From: Spirochaetia bacterium
GTDB lineage: Bacteria > Spirochaetota > Spirochaetia > UBA9216
Length of the DNA: 64,000 bases
Direction: 5' to 3'
Assembly: GCA_963675665.1 (NCBI GenBank)
Contig: OY776510.1
Location: 2,112,001 to 2,176,000 of the forward strand
Below the pieces are notes generated by a model. That model was not told the DNA's origin and made no database searches. It saw only the letters and a list, made by a program, of their open reading frames with translations. Both the position numbers and the translations under genes were made by a program. Every line of letters begins with the position of its first letter. Within the stretch, counting starts at the first letter, position 1. Below, one piece after another: positions 40,640 to 49,915 of the stretch.

Positions 40640-41890
40640 TTACAATTTACCGGGGTCGGCACTCTTTAATTTTATTAGAGGATAAACGATTAATCCTGCC
40701 GTCCCGGTAATTGCAAGTGCCGCTCCAAGGCCCCATTTATCTATCATAAACCCTATTGCAGGGGACAGTATTGCAACCCACAATGTCTTAAGCTGGGAAT
40801 CGGTTGAAAGGGCTGTAGCCATAATATCATTATTAAACTGATCTGACAGAAACCCCACTGTGACCGGACGGCGAAGGTTCTGGACAAGGTAGTAAAACAT
40901 AAAAATCATTATTGATACCAGATTCAACCCTGCCCACCGGGAAACACCGGATGCCGCCAGTATCAACATGCCGGCAACATAGCTCAGGTTAAGAAAATTT
41001 CTGTCCGAGCTGAATTTTCCGGACAGTTTGCCGGAAGAGCTTGAAGCTATAGAGGTTAAAAGAAATATTATACTATAGATAATTCCGGATAAAAGAGCTG
41101 TTCGCTGTTTGTCTGCTATTGTAGTCAGAACGGGCAGGCCCAGGCTTAATATCGCAATCAGGGGCTGAATATAATCTTTTACCGCTTCAAAGAAGCCGGT
41201 TGGAATCGATGAATTTAAAAAACTTGTTCTGATATATTTATTTTTGAGGCCGGAGCCCAGCTCAATGAAAATGCCTGATATTGACAATTTTTTATTATCA
41301 GTATCGGATTTATCGTTTCTTTTTCCGTCAAGCCAGGCAGGATAGCTGAGCATCAGAACCAGTTCGGCTAAATATGGAATAAGAGTAAACAAAAATACAG
41401 AACGGTAATTTCCCGTAAAAAAAACAAGGCCTGCCGCTATAAGAGCAGAGACAGCCGATCCCCTCTGCGACCAGCCTCTTGTGTTTCCGTAATAAAATGT
41501 CCGGTATTGTTCCCATCCTTTATGTTTAAGATAATCCAGAATCATTGCCTTATGCGTTCCAGTTCTGAATGCGTCGCCGAAGGCAAAGAAAATCATTGCT
41601 ATAATAATTACATAGTATTCCGGAATAAAGAAGAACAGAAGAAATGAGATAATATAACTGAGAAAACTGAAAATCATGGCGCGCCGGCGCCCGATAAAAT
41701 CAGCAACTACTCCTGAAGGTATTTCCATAATATTTACAGCGACAGCACGAATTGTAAAAAGGAAACCTATTTGGAGAAATGATATATTTGATTCCACAAG
41801 ATAGAGGATCAGGAAAGGTTCGAAGAATCTCAGGTTTTTAAGAAATCCGTAAGTACAGAATTTTACGTATTGAATGTCTTTTCTGAACAT
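40640..41890 (-). CDS. MFS transporter
   Basis: EIPSGVVADFIGRRR motif A; about 12 TM segments. Confidence 0.9.
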   Translation of the reverse strand: MFRKDIQYVKFCTYGFLKNLRFFEPFLILYLVESNISFLQIGFLFTIRAVAVNIMEIPSGVVADFIGRRRAMIFSFLSYIISFLLFFFIPEYYVIIIAMIFFAFGDAFRTGTHKAMILDYLKHKGWEQYRTFYYGNTRGWSQRGSAVSALIAAGLVFFTGNYRSVFLFTLIPYLAELVLMLSYPAWLDGKRNDKSDTDNKKLSISGIFIELGSGLKNKYIRTSFLNSSIPTGFFEAVKDYIQPLIAILSLGLPVLTTIADKQRTALLSGIIYSIIFLLTSIASSSSGKLSGKFSSDRNFLNLSYVAGMLILAASGVSRWAGLNLVSIMIFMFYYLVQNLRRPVTVGFLSDQFNNDIMATALSTDSQLKTLWVAILSPAIGFMIDKWGLGAALAITGTAGLIVYPLIKLKSADPGKL

Positions 41891-41902
41891 TTTGCCTCTT
41901 GG

Positions 41903-43411
41903 TTAAATTTTTATCAGATTAATTATTACTGCGCCTTCTGCCGGAAGATAATCCGAAAGCTCAATTATATTTCGATTTCTGTATACAGATAATTTCAATA
42001 ACGGAACTGAATGTTTTATGATAAGTTCTTCCAGTTCCGCCGTCAGACTTTCCGGTTTGTCCAATTCTTCCCACATTTTATATGGATTTCCATGGGTCTT
42101 GTCAATCTGATACCGCTTTTCAAGATAGTCATTTTCGATATTATCAAATACAATTTTTACATTATTTTTTCTGTTTCTATTTTCCGGCGAAACATTTCCG
42201 GCAAACAGAAGTATTATAATTCCGGTTTTGCTCCTGCAGATTATTATTCCATCTTCCTGATGAATAACGGTTTTTGCCGCAGATAAAAGATCGTATACGT
42301 AAAACAATGCTTTTTTTATCCCTGAATGGGTTGAAAGCCCGGAGTCGCTGTTGAAAACAAACGGGCCTTTATCGTCGGTTTGCTTCAGGGCCTTAATTTT
42401 TCCATTAAAAATGCCTTCAAGTATTTGAGGGAAAGATACGACCTCATCATTATTTATGGGCAAGTCAGTTATACCCAGTATCGGCAGTTTGAATTTATGT
42501 CCTGCCGGAAGCTCTTTCATATTCATTCTGATTGTTCTATTTTCGGCGGTTATATATTTCTGTAATTTTAAAATCAGATGTGGTTCATTCGGGTTAAGAG
42601 TTTTAAAACTGGAGATGCCGGCCTCCGGAAACAGTTTTTTATTGTTCAGCAGGTATTCTGCCGGAGTTATCCCGTGCCGGTATTTGAAAGATTTTTCTAA
42701 TGACAGGGAATCGTTGAAACCGCATTCTTCGGCTATCTCGGATATGTTTTTATCTGTGGACAAGATCATCCGTTCTGCTGCAAGGCACCTGATATGATTC
42801 AGATACTCCTCGAAATTCATTCCTGTTACCAGTTTAATAACGGACGAAGTCTGGTTAAAGCTGTAGTCAATATATTCGGAAACATCTCCAAGGGTAAGGG
42901 GCTTTTGATGGTATTTTCGGATGTAGGCGGATAATTTCTGAAAGCTGTCCATCTGTTGAGGATGTATGTCGTGATTACGAAGCAACATATTCGTTAAAAG
43001 AAAAGTATCCCGGCAGTAATTCAGCAATCCCGTTATCTCGGTAGCGGCCTCGTTTCCGGCAGACTTACTGATTGCAGTTTCAGCCATAAGAACTCTCAGG
43101 TGCTTGAACTCCTCTTTGTTCTGCTCTTCGACGGCCGGATTACCAATAAGTTCCCAGTGTGTTATTCCCGGGTATTTATATTCGAGAAGTCTGCAATCGA
43201 ACCTGATGAACAAAACTGTATTATCTTCATCAGTTCTGCTGAAGCTATGAATTTCTTCGGTGTTGATGAGAAGAATGTTACCGGTCCTCATCCTGTAGCG
43301 GTCGCATCCGACATAAGTATCAACAGAACCGTTTAAAACCAGAGCAAATACAAGCATCTCTTCATGCCAGTGGGGTTTATAATAGTTTATCTGTTCAATC
43401 GAAATCATCAC
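41903..43411 (-). CDS. AraC regulator: cupin, HTH and GH39-like C-terminal remnant
   Basis: HWHEEM cupin, ISEIAEECGF...FK...GITP HTH, GL.T.SGIKK and HGNPY..W tail. Start GTG 43411 or ATG 43408. Confidence 0.8.
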   Translation of the reverse strand: MMISIEQINYYKPHWHEEMLVFALVLNGSVDTYVGCDRYRMRTGNILLINTEEIHSFSRTDEDNTVLFIRFDCRLLEYKYPGITHWELIGNPAVEEQNKEEFKHLRVLMAETAISKSAGNEAATEITGLLNYCRDTFLLTNMLLRNHDIHPQQMDSFQKLSAYIRKYHQKPLTLGDVSEYIDYSFNQTSSVIKLVTGMNFEEYLNHIRCLAAERMILSTDKNISEIAEECGFNDSLSLEKSFKYRHGITPAEYLLNNKKLFPEAGISSFKTLNPNEPHLILKLQKYITAENRTIRMNMKELPAGHKFKLPILGITDLPINNDEVVSFPQILEGIFNGKIKALKQTDDKGPFVFNSDSGLSTHSGIKKALFYVYDLLSAAKTVIHQEDGIIICRSKTGIIILLFAGNVSPENRNRKNNVKIVFDNIENDYLEKRYQIDKTHGNPYKMWEELDKPESLTAELEELIIKHSVPLLKLSVYRNRNIIELSDYLPAEGAVIINLIKI

Positions 43412-43559
43412 GTGCAATTATAGTCTATTTGAAGCATTATCTTCAAACCCGAAAAGCAGATTCCTCAGTAAATTAGTTAAACAGTCATATAAATTGTAAA
43501 ATATATTATAGATTTCTTATAAACTGTGGAGGTTGCAGCAGACGGTTGGGATAAGACGT

Positions 43560-44345
43560 TCAATAGCCGGCTGTCAGCCCGAAATCGATTGAAAGGCAAG
43601 CCCCGGTAATAGCTTCAACTTTAGCCGAAGAGAGGAAAAGTATAGATTGCGCAACTTCTTCAGCTTTTGTAAATCGTCTGTTCGGACGTTCAGGATATAA
43701 GCTTAAAAGTTCCTGCATGTATTCATTCCGGTTTTTCCCGGTTGCGGCAGTGTACTCAGCTGCGGCTTTATCAAGCATCGGAGTATCTACATCGCCGGGG
43801 CATACTGCGTTTACGCGTATTTTCTTCCTCGCCAGTTCAATTGCAAGCGCCTTTGTTAACAGTGTAACGCCGCCTTTTGAGGCGCAGTATACCGAGGCCA
43901 GATCATTGCCGATCAGCCCTGAATCGGAACTGGTATTGACGATACATCCTGATGATTTTTCGAGATAAGGGATGGCAAACCTGCACATGAAGAAGGTCCC
44001 TTTCAGGTTGGTGTCGATAACAGTATTCCATTCGATCTCGGTTACCGATTCCGCAGGACCCTCAAGCCAGATTCCGGCGCAGTTAACAAGAACATCAATT
44101 CCTCCGAGTTCCCCGGCGGCACGGTTTACCAGACTCTCGCAGTCTGCAGGCATTGATACGTCTGCCGGAAATGCCGACAGCCTGTTTTTATCGGATCCGA
44201 GAAAGGCCTCGGCTTCGGAAATACTTTTTCTGCTTTTTCCTGATATGCACACTTCAGCGCCTTCTTTAAGAAAGGCTGCTGCCGCTGCAAGCCCTATCCC
44301 GCTGGTGCCGCCTGTAATTAATATTCTTTTGTCCTGAAATTCCAT
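43560..44345 (-). CDS. short-chain dehydrogenase/reductase
   Basis: TGGTSGIG, NCAG, YCASKGG, RVNAVCPG. Confidence 0.92.
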   Translation of the reverse strand: MEFQDKRILITGGTSGIGLAAAAAFLKEGAEVCISGKSRKSISEAEAFLGSDKNRLSAFPADVSMPADCESLVNRAAGELGGIDVLVNCAGIWLEGPAESVTEIEWNTVIDTNLKGTFFMCRFAIPYLEKSSGCIVNTSSDSGLIGNDLASVYCASKGGVTLLTKALAIELARKKIRVNAVCPGDVDTPMLDKAAAEYTAATGKNRNEYMQELLSLYPERPNRRFTKAEEVAQSILFLSSAKVEAITGACLSIDFGLTAGY

Positions 44346-44447
44346 ATATCCAGAATAAGGCTGCTTTACGGCTTTTGCAACAAGAATAAGAAGATGATTA
44401 TATTACTAATATTAGATGTTTACTTATCTATAAAAAATTATTTTTTT

Positions 44448-44476
44448 TTGACATAAGTTGCAAATTGGTGTTTAAT
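44448..44476 (+). promoter_or_regulatory. sigma70 promoter of the cstA operon
   Basis: TTGACA-17-TTTAAT. Confidence 0.6.
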
Positions 44477-44508
44477 TAATGCATCAAAAATTTTTGGAGG
44501 AAGTTGCC

Positions 44509-46236
44509 ATGGATGTAATTATTATCATGGTCATATCCTTTGCGGGATATGTTGCGGCTTATCAACTGTATGGGCGGTTTATCGGGAAAAAGATTTTTAA
44601 TCTTTCGAATGATAATACTACCCCTGCAGTTGATATGGAAGATGGAGTTGATTATGTTCCTACAAAGAAGGGAATAATCTTCGGGCATCATTTTACTTCT
44701 ATTGCGGGAACAGGCCCTATAGTCGGTCCGGCAGTCGGTATTATCTGGGGATGGGTCCCGGCTCTTATCTGGGTGCTTGTCGGAAATATCGTAATGGGAG
44801 CTGTACATGACTTTGGAGCCCTTGTCTTGTCTCTCAGAAACCAGGGGAAATCAATCTCAGAGGTCACAGCGAAATATATCAACTCCAGAACACGGACAAT
44901 CTTTTTTATCCTTGTTCTTCTTGAGCTCTGGATTGTTATTGCCATTTTCGGACTGATTATTGCGATTATCTTCAATATGTACCCGCAATCGGTTTTCCCG
45001 GTGTGGTGTGAGATTCCGATTGCAGTAATTCTGGGATATGCTTTGTACAAGAAAGGTGCTAAAGTCGGCGTGTCAACACTGATAGCTGTTGTTATAATGT
45101 ACGTTACTGTTGTGCTGGGGCATTTTATTCCGCTTAAGATGCCGGAAATTGCCGGAATTCCGGCTACGGGGGTCTGGTCGATTATCCTTCTTGTATATGC
45201 TTTTATTGCGTCAACACTTCCGGTAACAACGCTTCTGCAGCCGCGAGACTTTATTAATGCATGGCAGCTGCTGATCGCGATGGCTCTGCTTGTGCTTGGT
45301 GTTTTTGCATCAGCTTTCGGCGGCGCACTTCATCTTGTAGCACCCGCAGTTCAGGCTGTACCCGAGGGTGCACCTCCGATGTGGCCGATGCTGTTTATTA
45401 CAATTGCGTGCGGCGCCATTTCCGGGTTCCACTCGCTTGTAAGTTCCGGAACCTCCGCCAAGCAGGTTCACTACGAAGAAGACGCATTGTTTGTCGGATA
45501 CGGCTCAATGGTTACCGAGGGATTCCTGGCAGTTCTTGCGATAATAGCAGTTGCTGCAGGTATAGGCATTGCCTACAAGGGTCCTGAAGGTCAGCTTCTT
45601 ACAGGAGCCGCTGCATGGACCCATCACTACTCTTCATGGGCTGCTGCAAACGGTCTGGGCTCAAAAGTAGGAGCATTTGTTGAAGGCTCGGCAAACATGG
45701 TGACATTTTTAGGAGTACCCAAAGCGATCGGTATTATAATAATGGGTGTATTCGTAGCTTCTTTTGCCGGAACTACCCTTGATACTGCAACGCGAATTCA
45801 GCGTTATGTTATTCAGGAACTCGGTTCGGACGTCAAAGCAAAGTTTCTTGAAGGTAAATATGCAGCTACAGCAGTAGCGGTAATTTCCGCAGGTATACTT
45901 GCTTTTGCCACAGGCCCTACCGGTATGGGAGCCATGAAGCTTTGGCCATTATTCGGGGCTACCAACCAGACCCTTGCCGGGCTTGCTCTTATTACAATTA
46001 CTCTGTATCTGAAGCAGAAGGGCGGAGCCAAATTTATTATTTCGCTTGTTCCGGCTGTTTTTATGATTGTCATGACTATGTGGGGTCTCATCTATAATGA
46101 AATGAATTTTATTTCACAGGGAAATCCTCTGCTCTATATTGTCAACGCGATTGTAATAATAATTACAGTATGGATGACGATTGAAGGCCTTGCAAAGGGG
46201 TTCTCAAAAAATCAGCTACTTGAAGCAAAAGCTTAA
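44509..46236 (+). CDS. cstA: carbon starvation protein A family transporter
   Basis: DGVDYVPT, GHHFTSIAGTGPIVGP, ACGAISGFHSL, TTLDTATR, LWPLFG. Confidence 0.93.
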   Translation: MDVIIIMVISFAGYVAAYQLYGRFIGKKIFNLSNDNTTPAVDMEDGVDYVPTKKGIIFGHHFTSIAGTGPIVGPAVGIIWGWVPALIWVLVGNIVMGAVHDFGALVLSLRNQGKSISEVTAKYINSRTRTIFFILVLLELWIVIAIFGLIIAIIFNMYPQSVFPVWCEIPIAVILGYALYKKGAKVGVSTLIAVVIMYVTVVLGHFIPLKMPEIAGIPATGVWSIILLVYAFIASTLPVTTLLQPRDFINAWQLLIAMALLVLGVFASAFGGALHLVAPAVQAVPEGAPPMWPMLFITIACGAISGFHSLVSSGTSAKQVHYEEDALFVGYGSMVTEGFLAVLAIIAVAAGIGIAYKGPEGQLLTGAAAWTHHYSSWAAANGLGSKVGAFVEGSANMVTFLGVPKAIGIIIMGVFVASFAGTTLDTATRIQRYVIQELGSDVKAKFLEGKYAATAVAVISAGILAFATGPTGMGAMKLWPLFGATNQTLAGLALITITLYLKQKGGAKFIISLVPAVFMIVMTMWGLIYNEMNFISQGNPLLYIVNAIVIIITVWMTIEGLAKGFSKNQLLEAKA

Positions 46237-46250
46237 TTCTGTATAATCTT

Positions 46251-46280
46251 AAAAGAGGGGCGAAGCTCTGCCCCTCTTTT
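46251..46280 (+). terminator. stem-loop or terminator after cstA
   Basis: AAAAGAGGGGC-GAAGCTCT-GCCCCTCTTTT. Confidence 0.7.
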
Positions 46281-46304
46281 ATCTTTAGTAGCCGGCAGGT
46301 ATAT

Positions 46305-46757
46305 ATGAATTCAATTCTTGATGAGACCGTATCACGTCTGAAAAAGACATTTGCTGCTTATATTATAATAGCTGCCGTTCTTTTTGTTCTTGATATTATA
46401 ATCCATAAAATATTCCCACCTGTAGAACCCCCGGTGTTAAACCTCAGAACATGGGGTTATTTTATGTTTGTTATCTCACTTTTCGGAGGGATAGGCGCGC
46501 CGATTCTTCTGCGGTTGAATTTTCAGAAAAATGCAGCAAAAACAAAGATTGCGACTTTGGACGGTTACATTCGTCTTCAAAAAATGCTGTTCCTTTCAAT
46601 ATTCATATCTTGTGTTTCTGCTGTCATAGCTTATCTTTTTCCCGTTCAGATTTTTTATTTATACGGCGCCTTTTTTTCAACTCTTTACGGAATATACAGT
46701 GTTATTCCGTATAAAAAGAAGATAGGTGCTGAAATGCGTTTTTACAAACTGATATGA
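46305..46757 (+). CDS. hypothetical 4-TM membrane protein
   Basis: Four hydrophobic segments; stop overlaps the next start (ATGA). Confidence 0.75.
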   Translation: MNSILDETVSRLKKTFAAYIIIAAVLFVLDIIIHKIFPPVEPPVLNLRTWGYFMFVISLFGGIGAPILLRLNFQKNAAKTKIATLDGYIRLQKMLFLSIFISCVSAVIAYLFPVQIFYLYGAFFSTLYGIYSVIPYKKKIGAEMRFYKLI

Positions 46758-47047
46758 GATCCGGTTTCATCAGTAAAATAAAATACGGTTTTAATGAACT
46801 CAAAGAAATTATTATTACAGCTAATCGCAGTAAAGCTGTCGGAATGATAGAGTATGAAACCGGAGAGCTCGAAAATATTTTCAGCCTTCTTGTAATGGGC
46901 TCTTTTATCGGCATGCCGTCGCCTCCGGCGCATATAAGCCTGCAGCTGATGCCGCTTATGGAACGTGAAATGAAGATTATGTTTAATAAAGTCGGCACGG
47001 CAAACGATGCCCTTGCCGAGATTATCGAAACGCTGGGAGAACCATGA
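46754..47047 (+). CDS. small protein resembling the cstA-ArsA-associated ('cory-CC-star'-like) family, without the terminal CC
   Basis: ELENIFSLLVMGSFIGMPSPP..ISLQLMPLM; ATGA overlaps on both sides. Confidence 0.7.
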   Translation: MRSGFISKIKYGFNELKEIIITANRSKAVGMIEYETGELENIFSLLVMGSFIGMPSPPAHISLQLMPLMEREMKIMFNKVGTANDALAEIIETLGEP

Positions 47048-47955
47048 AACTTGTTTTTTTTGCCGGTAAAGGCGGTGTGGGCAAGTCAACAAATTCAGCC
47101 CTGTTTGCATATAGAACCGCATTGTCGGGAAAATCAGTGCTGTTGAATTCAATCGATCCCGCACATAATCTTCATGATATTTTTGAAGTGAAATTGTCGG
47201 CCAAACCGAAGGAACTGTTGCCCGGATTAAGAGTTCTGGAGACGAGCCTGTCAGACTGGGTAAAAAAATATTTAAGGGAAACCGAGAACACCTTTAAATC
47301 AGTTTATAAATATCAGGAAGCTTTCAATCTTCATAAATATTTTAAAACGCTGCGTTATTCGCCGGGACTTGAGGAATATGCCGTATTGCTTGCGATAAAG
47401 GATACTCTCGGCAGGTTTGCTGAAAGTGAGTATATAGTATTCGATACTCCGCCTACGGCACTTACAATGAAGTTTCTCGCCCTGCCGCAGGTCAACCTGT
47501 TATGGCTTCAGGAGTTAAAAAAGTTCAGGCAGATGATCCTTGAAAAAAAAGAGATAATCACAAAGATTAATACAGGGCTAAAGAAGAAAGAACGGCAGAC
47601 TGATCAGATACTTGAAAAACTGGATGAGATGATAACCGATAATTCAGAGCTGAACAGCCTCTTGCAGAATAAAGACATATGTTCGGTAAACCTTGTAATG
47701 AACCCGGACAAACTTTCGCTTGCAGAATCGGAAGATATTATCCTGGAGCTTGAGAATCTGAAGATACCGCTGACAAAGGTTATTATAAACAAGTGTGATG
47801 AACCGACAGCCCTTGAAGACGAATTAAAAAGATATCTGGTTAAAAGCGGTTTCGGTACTGCCTCAATAATAAGCTTATCTACCCAATGCCGGGAGGTTAC
47901 CGGTCTTGATGCTCTTGGTGAAATAGATGTGCCCCAGGGTTATATTGATCAATAG
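47044..47955 (+). CDS. ArsA/Get3 family single-domain ATPase
   Basis: GKGGVGKST, IDPAHNL, PGLEE, DTPPT, NPDKLS, IINK. Confidence 0.9.
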   Translation: MKLVFFAGKGGVGKSTNSALFAYRTALSGKSVLLNSIDPAHNLHDIFEVKLSAKPKELLPGLRVLETSLSDWVKKYLRETENTFKSVYKYQEAFNLHKYFKTLRYSPGLEEYAVLLAIKDTLGRFAESEYIVFDTPPTALTMKFLALPQVNLLWLQELKKFRQMILEKKEIITKINTGLKKKERQTDQILEKLDEMITDNSELNSLLQNKDICSVNLVMNPDKLSLAESEDIILELENLKIPLTKVIINKCDEPTALEDELKRYLVKSGFGTASIISLSTQCREVTGLDALGEIDVPQGYIDQ

Positions 47956-47986
47956 GGGAAATATAGATTTTTCCCCTCCCGACTGC

Positions 47987-49849
47987 TCAATTCAGTATTC
48001 GCACTTTTTCGGTATTGCTTAGAAAGTCTGCCAGTTTTTCCGGATTGATAATCGGCAGCTGTTCAAGATGACTGCGCAGGATTTTTACCGAATTAAATCT
48101 TTTCCGGTATACAAAGTTGTACAGCTCCGAATTAAAAAGTTCCATTATCTCCGTTATTGTTGCTGCATGCCCGGTTTCTTTATTTTCCATTTTATCAAAA
48201 TGCGGAATAATGTTGTTTGCACTGTTTAAGGTCAGCATCCCGCTTCGATCGATCGCAAACACAAGCCTGTTTGAGATAAATCTGTAAACAAGCTTTTCAG
48301 TTGAGCGGTACTTCCACTCAGGTGCAACCTGCTGAAATCGTTCCGGATTGAACTGAATAAACTGGCCGGGCAAACTGATTCTGCCGGGCAATATATTGCT
48401 GCCTGTGATTACAGGTTCAAAACCGGGATTTTTTTCTGCAGACAGATATTTTGAATTATCTCCGGTTACAATTCCAAGGGCCCAGTCTGCATTGTCTTTT
48501 AAAGTAAAATGGGGGATTGCATAAAGGCGGTCGATAATTTTTGCATCGTCGGAATTCAGGTTGATGCTGAAGGTGAAATCGTTGTTTACGGAAAAATTTT
48601 TACCGTTATGATTTGACAGCAGATGTTTATTTCCGGCGTTCTTAATGAGTTCGACGGTTACAACCGGGGTATATACGCCTTTAAAAGCCCGCCCGTATCC
48701 GGTAATATCTGTGAGCCTGCAGTTTTTCAATACAAGTCTTCTAATATCATCATGTCGTTTCACATTGGTAATTGCTTCCGGCAGAACAATCGAAACTACT
48801 CCGCCGGGTTTTACAAGGTTCAGGCTTTTATCAATAAAAAATGAAAAACTTTCGCCGCTCTTTATCTCCGGATATCTCTGTTCCAGAATTTGCTTTTTCC
48901 CGTCTGTACAGGCTCCCCATGGGGGATTGGTAATTGCTGCGTCGAAAGGCGTGGACTCGTGAGTGCTTTGTGTCCCGGGAAAATGATCCATAAGCAGACT
49001 GTCTGCGCAGTATATGCGCGGCTCTGCATCAATCCCCGGATGTTGGAGAATTATATTTGTTCCGGCTGTAAATACTGCAATGGCATCGATGTCTGTGCCA
49101 AAAGCGTTTTCGGGGCTGCCGCCGGCTTTTATAAACGAAAGAAGGAACTGTCCTGTGCCGCAGCAGGGATCGATAATTCTGATATCCGCCGGAGGGCTTC
49201 CCGTCGGCGCCAATTGCCTGAGGGCGGAACTGACCATGGCGTCGGCTATTTCGGGCGGAGTATAAAACGAACCGGAAACTGACCTGTCTCCGCGTTGCCG
49301 CAAAGCCTGATATATAATTCCGGCAATATCAAGCTCAGCCGGGGACGCCGAAGGAAGTTTGAGCGACATTATGTTTGTGAACGGGTCAAGCAGTTTGTCG
49401 GTTCCGGATGACGGCATAAAGTTTTTTAAATGAGTAGTAATAACCGAAGAGCTGTAATCTTCGGTTCTGAACTGAAGCAGCCGGGCAAGATTACAGGAGT
49501 TTTCGGAGGAATAGCTAATAAGCCCGGCTTCGATAAACAGTCTGAGAGAAAGAAGAAACATCAGGTCGGCTGTCTCCATTTCTATTTTAAGCAGAGATTC
49601 ACATGCCTTTTTAAGTATTCCGTTCGGGAGAATTGAACCGACGCAATGTTTTTTATTGGCACGACGGTTCAGCCTGTTAATTTCGCCTTTTTTTATCCTG
49701 CCGAGTAAAGATTCAACTTCCCTGCGTGCATAGGTACGCGAACCGCCCGAATTCAAAAGGCCGTGTTTCTCCCAGTTTGCTACACTGGCGGTTGAGATCC
49801 CAAGCAGTTCTGCAGTTTCGGTGAGTGTCAGTACTTCTCTATTATTCAT
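47987..49849 (-). CDS. N6-adenine DNA methyltransferase (gamma, TaqI-like TRD) with an N-terminal HTH
   Basis: GSFYTP, DPCCGTGQFL, NPPW, LGIVTGDN, KLVYRFIS...TLNSAN; N-terminal TAELLGISTASVANW. Confidence 0.88.
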   Translation of the reverse strand: MNNREVLTLTETAELLGISTASVANWEKHGLLNSGGSRTYARREVESLLGRIKKGEINRLNRRANKKHCVGSILPNGILKKACESLLKIEMETADLMFLLSLRLFIEAGLISYSSENSCNLARLLQFRTEDYSSSVITTHLKNFMPSSGTDKLLDPFTNIMSLKLPSASPAELDIAGIIYQALRQRGDRSVSGSFYTPPEIADAMVSSALRQLAPTGSPPADIRIIDPCCGTGQFLLSFIKAGGSPENAFGTDIDAIAVFTAGTNIILQHPGIDAEPRIYCADSLLMDHFPGTQSTHESTPFDAAITNPPWGACTDGKKQILEQRYPEIKSGESFSFFIDKSLNLVKPGGVVSIVLPEAITNVKRHDDIRRLVLKNCRLTDITGYGRAFKGVYTPVVTVELIKNAGNKHLLSNHNGKNFSVNNDFTFSINLNSDDAKIIDRLYAIPHFTLKDNADWALGIVTGDNSKYLSAEKNPGFEPVITGSNILPGRISLPGQFIQFNPERFQQVAPEWKYRSTEKLVYRFISNRLVFAIDRSGMLTLNSANNIIPHFDKMENKETGHAATITEIMELFNSELYNFVYRKRFNSVKILRSHLEQLPIINPEKLADFLSNTEKVRILN

Positions 49850-49915
49850 AACTGATTCAGGATTTTAGCATGTATGAGAATATTAGAACAGAAGAAGGCC
49901 AGTCACCGGTTTGCA

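Noticed and set aside
47044-47955. Arsenic resistance operon
   Set aside because: No arsR/B/C/D genes, a single ATPase domain, and a cstA context.
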